Below are positions 20,213-28,342 of a DNA stretch of 64,000 nucleotides, piece after piece (the stretch's first letter is position 1; the number at the start of each line of letters is the position of its first letter). The notes beneath the pieces were generated by a model. That model saw only the letters and a list, made by a program, of their open reading frames with translations. It ran no database searches and was not told the origin of the DNA. Location: assembly GCA_903934015.1 (NCBI GenBank), contig CAIZMI010000044.1, positions 5,027 through 69,026 of the forward strand, given 5' to 3'. A program made the translations under genes and the position numbers. The DNA is from an uncultured bacterium. GTDB taxonomy: Bacteria > Patescibacteriota > Andersenbacteria > UBA10190 > CAIZMI01.

Positions 20213-20904
20213 TGCAAGCTGTTATTTTGGCGGGGGGATTAGGAAAGCGCTTACGTCCTATTACGGAAGATGTTCCAAAACCATTGGTTCCTGTTTGTGG
20301 CAAACCGGTTGTTGAATATACACTCGAGAATTTGCCGGCAGAAATAATTGAGGTGATTTTTGTGATTGGCTATAAGGGCGAAATGATTAAGGATTTATAC
20401 GGTCATAATGCTTTTGGAAAAAAGATTTCTTATGTCGTGCAGGAGCAACAACTGGGCACAGGGCACGCTGTAAAATGTGCCGCTTCGTTAGTGGATATGC
20501 CTTTTATTTTGCTTTACGGTGACGATATTTACGGAAAAGAAGGATTACAGAAGTTGGTGAAGCGTGAATGGGCTTTATTGGCACGTAGGGTGGAACATCC
20601 GGAAAGATTTGGTGTGCTTAAATTAAACGAAGACGGGACGGTTAGTGATATGGTGGAAAAACCGAAAGAATTTATTTCCGATTTGTCCTGGGTGGGTGGG
20701 GCAAAGTTCCAGGCGGAGTTTATGCAAGTTGAAACACCGCTTTCTCAGCGTGGCGAATATGAAGTTCCCGATATGGTGAATGTCTTGATTAAACAAGGAA
20801 AAAAGTTTTATCCGGAATTGACGGATCTTTGGTTGCCAGTAAATACGCTAGAAGAAGTTGCTGAAGCGGAACGGGTGATTAAGGATGTAGGGGGTAGGCA
20901 GTAG
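20212..20904 (+). CDS. sugar-1-phosphate nucleotidylyltransferase, paralog 2
   Basis: MQAVILAGGLGKRLRPIT (GxGxRL signature). The last 6 codons and the TAG stop lie inside a family-4 repeat. Confidence 0.7.
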   Translation: MQAVILAGGLGKRLRPITEDVPKPLVPVCGKPVVEYTLENLPAEIIEVIFVIGYKGEMIKDLYGHNAFGKKISYVVQEQQLGTGHAVKCAASLVDMPFILLYGDDIYGKEGLQKLVKREWALLARRVEHPERFGVLKLNEDGTVSDMVEKPKEFISDLSWVGGAKFQAEFMQVETPLSQRGEYEVPDMVNVLIKQGKKFYPELTDLWLPVNTLEEVAEAERVIKDVGGRQ

Positions 20905-20913
20905 GGTGTAGAG
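20887..20913 (+). repeat. family-4 element GTAGGGGGTAGGCAGTAGGGTGTAGAG providing the C-terminus (..DVGGRQ) and stop codon of the upstream gene
   Basis: One-nt difference from the leuS copy (GAGTTG vs CAGTAG) creates the in-frame TAG. Confidence 0.7.
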
Positions 20914-20940
20914 ATGTTCCGACGACAACCGATCCCGCGC

Positions 20941-20980
20941 CCACTCCCGAAGTGGACCCGCTGGGCCACTTCGGGAGTGG
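20941..20980. repeat. 15-bp-stem hairpin CCACTCCCGAAGTGG-N10-CCACTTCGGGAGTGG
   Basis: Same arms recur at 56882-56983 with a 71-nt structured insert. Confidence 0.6.
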
Positions 20981-21002
20981 TACGGTTAGTGTGTTGTAAA
21001 TA

Positions 21003-21029
21003 AAAAAACCACCGGTCAGGGTGGTATTA
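21003..21029 (-). terminator. rho-independent terminator (ACCACCCTGACCGGTGGT + T8) for the minus-strand gene ending at 21037
   Basis: 6-bp GC stem followed by a U-run on the minus strand. Confidence 0.6.
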
Positions 21030-21036
21030 TTTGGGA

Positions 21037-21537
21037 TCATTGCACTTCAAAAAATTTGTAGCCAACGAGGTCGCTTCTGAAATCATAGGGTTTTTCAATC
21101 AATACCGCCCTAAGACCAGAAATATTCGCTAACGCACACGCAAATACATGAAAGTCCACTATCGAAATCACCCCACTTATGGATTTCCAATTGGAGCCGC
21201 ATGGCCACCTTATCAGCTCATTATCAATACTGGAAAATCCTATGTTAAATTTATTGGGAAAAATGGGTTGACCACCAATAATTGTGGTTCCAGGTCTAAG
21301 GATACGTAGAAGAAAGTCAATGTTGCACTGGCAATCATCAGTGCTTAATGCGCGCTTGAGTTTATTGTTTCGAAAGAGTTGCATTGCCCAGAACAGGGCC
21401 TCAATCATATCGTTCGTTCGACATTGTTGGGATTTGGAAATTAGTCGAACAGCTGCCACGAAATGGTCAGATATGGTAGTAAGCCAATTACTGATCACGG
21501 GTCCAAACAATTTTCCGGTTTCCGCGGACGGTGACAT
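21037..21537 (-). CDS. hypothetical protein, divergent from the RAYT gene
   Basis: ORF track; no recognisable motif. Confidence 0.35.
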   Translation of the reverse strand: MSPSAETGKLFGPVISNWLTTISDHFVAAVRLISKSQQCRTNDMIEALFWAMQLFRNNKLKRALSTDDCQCNIDFLLRILRPGTTIIGGQPIFPNKFNIGFSSIDNELIRWPCGSNWKSISGVISIVDFHVFACALANISGLRAVLIEKPYDFRSDLVGYKFFEVQ

Positions 21538-21645
21538 GTAATGTCTCCCTGTGATTGAAATGAACGTGACTGTGGTATTCGCACAGCCGTCACGTCAACA
21601 TTGACGTAACTTGAACATGTTACGCTAAACCGTATAAAGTCAACC

Positions 21646-21668
21646 TGCTCCACCTACGAGGTGGAGCA
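21646..21668. repeat. REP hairpin TGCTCCACCTACGAGGTGGAGCA
   Basis: 6-bp stem CCACCT/AGGTGG with ACG loop. Additional small hairpins lie 20-60 nt upstream. Confidence 0.75.
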
Positions 21669-21696
21669 AAGGTACTCCCTGGTATATGATAATAAT

Positions 21697-22365
21697 ATGC
21701 GGAAAGATATTCTAACTAATAGTGAAGTTTACCATGTGATGAATAAAAGTATCGCTGGATTTAAAATATTTCAGTCAGAGAAGGACTTTTTGCATATGAG
21801 AAACTTGATTAGGTATTACACATCTGCGGGTGTCCGACAAAAGTATTCACAATTTGTACGTGATGTAAATATTCACAAAGATGATATTGAAGAAGAAATC
21901 AATAAACATTTATTGCAGAAAGAAAAAACAGTGCAAATAATTTGTTATTGTTTAATGCCTACGCATTTTCATGTGGTAATAAAACAATTACAGGATCATG
22001 GTATCGAAAAATTCATGTCGGATGTTTCCAATGCATATACACGTCATGTGAATATAAAAATTGAACGAAATGGGCCATTGTGGGTAGGGCGTTTTCAGAG
22101 TGTACTTGTTGATAATGACGATTATCTTACCCATTTAACGCGGTATATCCATCTAAATCCTGTTTCTGCTGGATTAGTTAAAAAAGCCTCTGGTTGGCCC
22201 AATTCTTCTTTTTTGGAGTATGTAAATCGTGATAAGGTGAGGTTTCCGGTGTGCGATTATTCAGGCTTTATTTCTTTTTCGGAAAAACAATACGAAAAAT
22301 TTACAAACGATCACGCGGATTATCAAAAGGAGCTTACACGAATAAAAGCTCTTTGTTTAGAATAA
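21697..22365 (+). CDS. REP-associated tyrosine transposase (RAYT; IS200-like HuH-Y1 family)
   Basis: HuH motif CYCLMPTHFHVVI and Tyr motif RYIHLNPVSAGLVKKASGWPNSSF, which align with E. coli YafM VVLPEHMHCIW / YIYINPVKHGWV..WPFSTF. Start at ATG 21697; track start GTG 21661 lies inside the REP. Confidence 0.8.
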   Translation: MRKDILTNSEVYHVMNKSIAGFKIFQSEKDFLHMRNLIRYYTSAGVRQKYSQFVRDVNIHKDDIEEEINKHLLQKEKTVQIICYCLMPTHFHVVIKQLQDHGIEKFMSDVSNAYTRHVNIKIERNGPLWVGRFQSVLVDNDDYLTHLTRYIHLNPVSAGLVKKASGWPNSSFLEYVNRDKVRFPVCDYSGFISFSEKQYEKFTNDHADYQKELTRIKALCLE

Positions 22366-22382
22366 GGTTTATTACCTTGCAC

Positions 22383-22423
22383 CACCTACGAGGTGGAGCA
22401 AGGTTGCTCCACCTCGTAGGTGG
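22383..22423. repeat. inverted REP doublet CCACCTACGAGGTGG-AGCAAGGTTGCT-CCACCTCGTAGGTGG (BIME-like)
   Basis: 20-2-20 near-perfect palindrome 18 nt after the RAYT stop. Confidence 0.8.
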
Positions 22424-22439
22424 TAAGCAGGTCGTAGAA

Positions 22440-23810
22440 TTATTTGCCGCGGCCTACCGAATGATACAAGAAACCTTTTTCTTCCATTTCTTTCGGATTA
22501 AACATGTTTCGGCCGTCGATGATTAGTGGCTGGTGAAGGGAAGCGTGAACCTTTTTCAAATCGGTTTTTTTAAATTCATCCCAGTCGGTAACGATAACCA
22601 GAGCATCGGCATTAATTGTGGCATCCATTGCAGATTTTACATAAGTGATATTTTCATCGCCGAGCACTTCGTGTGCCTTTTCCATTGCTTGCGGATCATA
22701 AGCTTTAATAATCGCACCTTCACCACGCAGGTGATTGATAACCGTCACGGCAGGCGCGCTGCGCATATCATCAGTATTTGGTTTGAAGGAGAGTCCCCAA
22801 ATGGCAATTGTCTTTCCTTTGACAATCCAAAGCGCTTGCTCAATTTTCTTAATGAAAATCGCTTTTGCTTCCTCATTAATTTTCTCAACCGCTTTTAAAA
22901 TTCCAAAATCGTAATTTATTTCTTCCGCAATCTTAACGAACGCCGAGACATCTTTTGGAAAACAGCTTCCGCCGTATCCGACACCGGCTTTCAAGAAAGA
23001 AGAACCAATGCGTTTATCTAAACCCATACCGTAGGTTACTTCTTCAACATTAGCATTTGTTAATTCACAAATTGCGGCCAAGGCGTTGGCGAAAGATATC
23101 TTTGTGGCTAAGAAAGAATTGGAAGCGTGTTTGATCAGTTCGGCGGAATTAATATCGGTTGCGATAAATGGCGCTTTGATTGGCGCGTAAATTTCACGCA
23201 TAATTTTTTCCGCGCGTTCGTTTTCGGCACCGATAACAATGCGATCGGGGTTTAAGAAATCGTAGACAGCCGTACCTTCGCGTAAAAACTCCGGGTTACT
23301 AACAACGTCGAATTCAATGCCGTGTGGGTTGTAGGAGCGCAAAGTTTCTAGAACTTTTTCACCTGTTTGCACAGGCACAGTGCTTTTGTCGACAACAACT
23401 TTGTATTCGGTGGCCACCTCAGCAATTTGGCGGGCAGCGTTTGCAACATAAGACAAGTCCGCTTTTCCGTCCGGTCGTGGTGGGGTATTAACTGCAATAA
23501 AAATAACCTCTGTATTTTTTACGGCTTCCGGCAGATTAGTAGTAAACTCGAGGCGTTTTGCCTTGATATTTTTGGCAATAAGTTCCTCAATCCCCGGTTC
23601 ATAAATCGGGCTGATCCCTTTCTTGAGTTTTTCGACCTTGTCGGCGTTGCGGTCGACGCAAACCACGTGGTGACCAATTTCAGCTAAACAAGCGCCAGAT
23701 ACGAGGCCTACATAGCCCGTACCAATAACGGAAATGCGCTTCCTGGCTTTAGATTCCTTTGAAACGGCCTTCTTCTCCTTTGTAACGCGTTTTATAGCAA
23801 TTTTAGTCAT
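22440..23810 (-). CDS. ugd: UDP-glucose 6-dehydrogenase (NDP-sugar dehydrogenase)
   Basis: ISVIGTGYVGLVSGACLAEIGH Rossmann motif and catalytic GGSCFPKD. Lys-rich N-terminal extension. Start at ATG 23810. Confidence 0.85.
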   Translation of the reverse strand: MTKIAIKRVTKEKKAVSKESKARKRISVIGTGYVGLVSGACLAEIGHHVVCVDRNADKVEKLKKGISPIYEPGIEELIAKNIKAKRLEFTTNLPEAVKNTEVIFIAVNTPPRPDGKADLSYVANAARQIAEVATEYKVVVDKSTVPVQTGEKVLETLRSYNPHGIEFDVVSNPEFLREGTAVYDFLNPDRIVIGAENERAEKIMREIYAPIKAPFIATDINSAELIKHASNSFLATKISFANALAAICELTNANVEEVTYGMGLDKRIGSSFLKAGVGYGGSCFPKDVSAFVKIAEEINYDFGILKAVEKINEEAKAIFIKKIEQALWIVKGKTIAIWGLSFKPNTDDMRSAPAVTVINHLRGEGAIIKAYDPQAMEKAHEVLGDENITYVKSAMDATINADALVIVTDWDEFKKTDLKKVHASLHQPLIIDGRNMFNPKEMEEKGFLYHSVGRGK

Positions 23811-23851
23811 AGGGGAAGTGTAGGGAAAAATGGCGAGTGTGACAACCAGCA

Positions 23852-23893
23852 CCGCTCACGGAGCGGAGCAACCTTGCTCCGCTCCGTGAGCGG
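23852..23893. repeat. REP-variant doublet CCGCTCACGGAGCGG-AGCAACCTTGCT-CCGCTCCGTGAGCGG
   Basis: Same architecture as the 22383 doublet (ACG loop, AGCAA-SS-TTGCT spacer) but a different stem. Confidence 0.75.
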
Positions 23894-23924
23894 ACAAAGG
23901 TTCATCGTTCTCAATTTCAGAACT

Positions 23925-24806
23925 ATGTCATACAATTCAAATATGAACGAACAAGCACCACGGATAAATCCGGACACGGAAGAACAGCCAGAAACCGGAT
24001 TGGAATTGGAAAAATTGGAAACAACAGAAACGCCGGAGATGCCAGCGGATTTTGTCGAGCCGGAAGGAAAATCGGGCGGATGGGGCGAGGTCGTAGAAAA
24101 CAAAGAGCTTGGTGTCAGATATCGCGAAAAAGTGATTGAATTGCCGAAGCATCGACAGGAAGAAACAGGGGTGAAGAGAATTCGTCGAAGGGAGATGTTA
24201 CCGCCTTTTCCGGAAGGGTTGTTATTACAAGAGGTAGACGATAAAAATCTCCAATATTGGAGTGGTGATGAGGCGTTCGATGAGGTATATAATTTTTTTA
24301 CCTCCAACGGCTACCCCTCGGAAGGTACCCTTGTTCATATTATGAATTTTATGCGAGAAAATGATCAGGAAAAAATCCAAAAAAATATTCGAGAGGGACT
24401 ATATTTTCAAGAAATTCACGCCGAAAATGAGTATGGTTTTAGATTGTGTCCCGATAGGACATATGTGGGAAAATTTACAACACCCGTTTTTGTATTTGGA
24501 AACCGCAATAGTGTTTTGAATGAATATGTTGATTCAGTGATTAATGATCCTGTGTCAGAGTGGGGTGTTGAATTTGAAGGAAAATGGGCAATACGGTTAG
24601 GAAAACATGAGTATTCATGGCCGGAAGTTAGCCATGATTTAAAAAGACTAAGAAATAGAAAACACATTGATGCGGGGGAGGTATCCCTGCCATATTTTGG
24701 TCGTCTAGAAAATTCTTCAAAACGACAGCTTCGTTGGTGTCACGCGGAATTGGCTTTGGTTCCTACCAAGCGCAGTCTGAATGTTTTGTTTTTCGAGACG
24801 GAATAA
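23925..24806 (+). CDS. hypothetical protein
   Basis: ORF track (track start 23874); acidic N-terminal region, no domain. Confidence 0.4.
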   Translation: MSYNSNMNEQAPRINPDTEEQPETGLELEKLETTETPEMPADFVEPEGKSGGWGEVVENKELGVRYREKVIELPKHRQEETGVKRIRRREMLPPFPEGLLLQEVDDKNLQYWSGDEAFDEVYNFFTSNGYPSEGTLVHIMNFMRENDQEKIQKNIREGLYFQEIHAENEYGFRLCPDRTYVGKFTTPVFVFGNRNSVLNEYVDSVINDPVSEWGVEFEGKWAIRLGKHEYSWPEVSHDLKRLRNRKHIDAGEVSLPYFGRLENSSKRQLRWCHAELALVPTKRSLNVLFFETE

Positions 24807-24820
24807 GCCAACGCGACGCG

Positions 24821-24863
24821 AGGGCAATTCATGTTCGCCAGCTGGCGAATGCCCCTACAGCGT
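24821..24863. repeat. family-2 element variant GGGCAATTCATG[TTCGCCAGCTGGCGAA]TGCCCCTACAGCG with a nested palindrome insertion
   Basis: Shares the GGGCAATTCATG...CCCCTAC flanks with the 14231 and 17395 copies. Confidence 0.6.
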
Positions 24864-24900
24864 TGAAATTTGTAGAGAGATAAGCTAACCTATTTCAAGA

Positions 24901-24983
24901 GCCGGAGTGGCGGAATGGTTTACGCGCACGACTCAAAATCGTGTGACCTTACGGTCATGTGGGTTCGACTCCCTCCTCCGGTA
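24901..24983 (+). tRNA. tRNA-Leu (anticodon CAA), type II with long variable arm
   Basis: 7-bp acceptor stem GCCGGAG/CTCCGGT(GU), anticodon stem CACGA/TCGTG with loop CTCAAAA, variable arm GACC-TTAC-GGTC, T-loop TTCGACT. Overall layout parallels E. coli tRNA-Leu. CCA is not encoded. One U-U mismatch in the T-stem. Confidence 0.8.
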
Positions 24984-24994
24984 CAATAAATATA

Positions 24995-25582
24995 ATGGAT
25001 ACAAGTACTAAACCCAATTTACGAACGCTTGCGTACGTGATTGGTGTTGGTATTGGCGACGGCAACTTATCAAATCCCAACAAAAGAGCGACGCGATTAA
25101 GGATTAGTTGTGATACAAAATATCAGGAACTGATTAGAAAAATTCAAGGGTCTATTAGGGAAATTCTACCGAATAACAAAGTTTCCATTGTAAATAGAAA
25201 CAAGAACTGTATAGATATTAGTTGTTATTCAAATATGTGGGAGGGGTGGCTTGGATGGTCCGCAGGTGGTGGCCCAAAACTTGATCAGAAGGTGAGGGTT
25301 CCTTCGTGGATTATGAAAAAAGAGGAGTTTATTATTCCTTGTTTACGTGGATTATTTGAAACGGATGGATCTGTCTATTTTGATCGTGGATATTTAATGG
25401 CAATGTTTGTGACGACGATTCCGGAATTAGCAGAGGATGTTTTGAACATGACTGCTAAAATCATGATTTCGGCCAAGATGTATGAAATTGAAAAAAAGCC
25501 ACCAAGTCACACAAGATACAATATCCGTGTTTCGAAGAATGTTTCAGATTTCGTTAATTTGATTGGAATACAAAAGAGGTAA
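24995..25582 (+). CDS. LAGLIDADG homing endonuclease (two-motif, single-chain)
   Basis: LAYVIGVGIGDGNL and LRGLFETDGSVYF motifs. Starts 12 nt after the tRNA-Leu 3' end. Track start 24959 overlaps the tRNA. Confidence 0.8.
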   Translation: MDTSTKPNLRTLAYVIGVGIGDGNLSNPNKRATRLRISCDTKYQELIRKIQGSIREILPNNKVSIVNRNKNCIDISCYSNMWEGWLGWSAGGGPKLDQKVRVPSWIMKKEEFIIPCLRGLFETDGSVYFDRGYLMAMFVTTIPELAEDVLNMTAKIMISAKMYEIEKKPPSHTRYNIRVSKNVSDFVNLIGIQKR

Positions 25583-25628
25583 ATTTGATTTTCCTTATCG
25601 ACCCTAACCATATATAATAGCAACAGTT

Positions 25629-26417
25629 ATGATAATATCCATCGTTAATCAAAAAGGTGGAGTGGGGAAAACTACCACGGCTGTTAATTTGGGAGCGGCC
25701 TTGGCCAGGGCTGGGCATCCTACATTGCTAGTTGATCTTGATCCGCAGGGAAACGCTTCCTCGGGGGTTGGAATTGGTGACGAACAGCGGTTACCGGGTA
25801 TTTATGAGCTTTTACGCGGAGAGGTAGCGGCGGATGCCGCTATGCGCCCGACGGCACAGGAAAATTATCACGTGATGCCGGCAACAGCGGATTTGGCCGG
25901 TGCTTCGGTGGAATTAATGAATGTCGATAATCGTGAATTTCGTTTAAGGGAAGTGCTTGCTCCGCTCAAAGAGCAGTATTCATATATTATTATTGACGCC
26001 CCTCCTTCATTGGGAGTTTTGACAATGAACGCCTTGGTTGCCGCTGAACGAGTCTTAATCCCCGTGCAGTGCGAATATTATGCGCTTGAGGGGCTTGGTC
26101 AGCTTCTCCAGACAATTGGTTTGGTTAAAGAGCATTTGCATCCTGAACTGGAAGTATTAGGTGCCGTATTGACGCTTTTTGATCGACGCGTAAAAGTGGC
26201 GCATGACGTGATCAAAGAAGTACGTGAACATTTTCCGGGAAAAGTATTTGAAACCGTTATTCCAAGAAATATTCGCTTAGCAGAAGCGCCATCTTATGGT
26301 AAAAATATCTTTGAGTATGACGATGCATCTCAGGGCGCGCAAACTTATCAATCGTTTGCGCAAGAAGTTCATGACACAGTAAAAAATTTAATTAATCAAC
26401 AAACACCACAAACATGA
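25629..26417 (+). CDS. parA: chromosome partitioning ATPase ParA/Soj
   Basis: Deviant Walker A KGGVGKTT, 262 aa. Confidence 0.9.
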   Translation: MIISIVNQKGGVGKTTTAVNLGAALARAGHPTLLVDLDPQGNASSGVGIGDEQRLPGIYELLRGEVAADAAMRPTAQENYHVMPATADLAGASVELMNVDNREFRLREVLAPLKEQYSYIIIDAPPSLGVLTMNALVAAERVLIPVQCEYYALEGLGQLLQTIGLVKEHLHPELEVLGAVLTLFDRRVKVAHDVIKEVREHFPGKVFETVIPRNIRLAEAPSYGKNIFEYDDASQGAQTYQSFAQEVHDTVKNLINQQTPQT

Positions 26418-27319
26418 AACCAGGAGGATTGGGAAGAGGTTTATCCGCATTAATTCCACAAAGGCGCGACGAAGGTTCTACTTTTGTTGCGACGCAACCG
26501 AGTTATTCGAGTGTTGTTAGAGCTGAAGAATCGACAGGTAATCGCGTGATGATGGTGGCGGTTGAAAAGATTGATCGTAATCCGGAACAGCCACGTCAAG
26601 ATTTTTCAGAAGCTGATTTGCAGGATTTGGCGCAATCCATTCGTGAGCATGGAATTTTACAGCCGTTATTGGTTACTAAGGATATGGATCGCTATACGCT
26701 TATTGCCGGTGAACGTCGTTTGCGAGCGTCAAAACGGGCAGGATTAAAAGAGGTACCTTGTTTGGTGCACGTTCCCGTGACTGATAAAGAACAATTAGAG
26801 TTGGCGATTATTGAAAATGTTCAGCGTGAAGATCTGAGTGTTTTGGAGCAAGCAATCGCTTATAAAAAATTGCACGACGAATTTAATATGACCCACGAAG
26901 AAATTGCGAAAGCAGTGGGTAAAGAGCGCCCTTCAATTACGAATATTATTCGTATTTTGGATTTGCCCGATGAAATGCAGAAAGCGCTGAAAGAAGGCAA
27001 AATGAACTTTGGTCAAGCCCGTAGTCTGCTTGCTGTTACCGAACCGGAAAGACAAAAAGAAGCGTTTCAAAAAATGCTAGAGGGAAAGATGAGTTCGAAG
27101 GCTCTTGAACGCGTTCAGCAAAAAACCAACGTTCAGGCGCATCAAAGGGTAATTCAAAAAGATCCGCAACTTGCCAGTTATGAAGAAGAAATGGGACGGA
27201 CTTTGGGAACACGGGTCAGGATTAAAAAAATTGGTGATTCAGGTGGAAACATTATTGTGGATTTTTACAGCGACGAAGAATTATCGGGAATTATAGAAAA
27301 AATTAATATTGGCCGATAA
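26414..27319 (+). CDS. parB: chromosome partitioning protein ParB/Spo0J
   Basis: GLGRGLSALIP N-terminal box, ParB/Sulfiredoxin and HTH regions. 4-nt overlap with parA. Confidence 0.9.
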   Translation: MKPGGLGRGLSALIPQRRDEGSTFVATQPSYSSVVRAEESTGNRVMMVAVEKIDRNPEQPRQDFSEADLQDLAQSIREHGILQPLLVTKDMDRYTLIAGERRLRASKRAGLKEVPCLVHVPVTDKEQLELAIIENVQREDLSVLEQAIAYKKLHDEFNMTHEEIAKAVGKERPSITNIIRILDLPDEMQKALKEGKMNFGQARSLLAVTEPERQKEAFQKMLEGKMSSKALERVQQKTNVQAHQRVIQKDPQLASYEEEMGRTLGTRVRIKKIGDSGGNIIVDFYSDEELSGIIEKINIGR

Positions 27320-27439
27320 AACAAATAGGAGGAGGATATTCTAGGGCCCTTTTCTGTTTGACGATTTTATAAAATAGGTTGATTCTGGTCGTAAGGTTGT
27401 TTTTGCTTGTTCTCTCCAACTAGAAAAAAGGAGATTCAT

Positions 27440-28234
27440 ATGAGTCATTTTCCTTCTGATACTGCAGAAAAGATCGCTTATTCACTTTGTCGAATGCGAT
27501 ATGAGTGTGGAGCGGATGTCGGTTATGTGGCGGCCCATCTGCTTGCGCGATACGATAAAAGTGATTGGAAAAACATCTTTATATGTTTGTTATCTTATTT
27601 TGGAACAACAGAACTCGATCAGCCACCGCCTGAACATTTGAACAGAATGACTGATGATGAGTGGGAACGGGTTAAGAAATCGATAGGCGCTCGTTTAGAA
27701 CATATTCTCGAGACACTTCTAGATGGGCATCTCGAAGATGAAAATGCGGCGGAATTTCTGGCAGAGCAACTCCGTGACATGGCTGATAATGAGCTAGCGG
27801 TTGCTCTTGCGATCATTTTGGACCATGTCGCGCCCTACGAGTATCTTCCCGATGAACTGTTTGGTGACGAGGAGCTTGTGGATACAGTCGGTATTGTACT
27901 TTTGGAGATAAAACGAGTTGCTCGCCAGCTAACGATGCTTTCCTATCGTCAGGATATCTCTGTGACGCGACTCTGGAAGGTGGCTCTGTTTCTAATTTCT
28001 GCGTTGGATGTTGATGGCACAGTCGAAATGCTTGCCTATTTTCACGAACTGGTGCCCAGGCAGTATGAACGAGTTGGGGATCCGTTTGCTGAATACAGTA
28101 ACAGTCCTTTCCAACAAGTACTCTATTTGAGCGAGGACCGTGTCTATGGCGGCGATGCTCAACTAGTCGTTGTGCGTGGAAAAACAGTTGAAAGTGCTGT
28201 CGCTTCGTGGAAAAAAGCATGTTTTCATGATTAA
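27440..28234 (+). CDS. hypothetical alpha-helical acidic protein
   Basis: AAAAAGGAG RBS then ATG 27440. No recognisable domain. Confidence 0.4.
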   Translation: MSHFPSDTAEKIAYSLCRMRYECGADVGYVAAHLLARYDKSDWKNIFICLLSYFGTTELDQPPPEHLNRMTDDEWERVKKSIGARLEHILETLLDGHLEDENAAEFLAEQLRDMADNELAVALAIILDHVAPYEYLPDELFGDEELVDTVGIVLLEIKRVARQLTMLSYRQDISVTRLWKVALFLISALDVDGTVEMLAYFHELVPRQYERVGDPFAEYSNSPFQQVLYLSEDRVYGGDAQLVVVRGKTVESAVASWKKACFHD

Positions 28235-28244
28235 GATGTTTTCG

Positions 28245-28276
28245 CCCCTGTTCGCGTGGACAGGGGTTTTTGTTTT
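28245..28276 (+). terminator. rho-independent terminator CCCCTG-TTCGCGTGGA-CAGGGG + T-run
   Basis: Immediately after the 28234 stop. Confidence 0.65.
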
Positions 28277-28342
28277 CTTTCGCTAAAAAACGGCCCCTTG
28301 AAGCGACGCAAGGTTATGAAGTTATCACGTGGCGAAGTGGGG

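Larger units (their letters stand above)
21640..22425 (+). mobile_element. RAYT-REP unit: REP hairpin, tyrosine transposase gene, inverted REP doublet
   Basis: See the CDS at 21697-22365 and the repeats at 21646-21668 and 22383-22423. Confidence 0.7.

Noticed and set aside
24901-24995. Group I intron interrupting tRNA-Leu and hosting the LAGLIDADG ORF
   Set aside because: The tRNA sequence is continuous and parallels E. coli tRNA-Leu through the anticodon loop. The HEG lies 3' of the complete tRNA.
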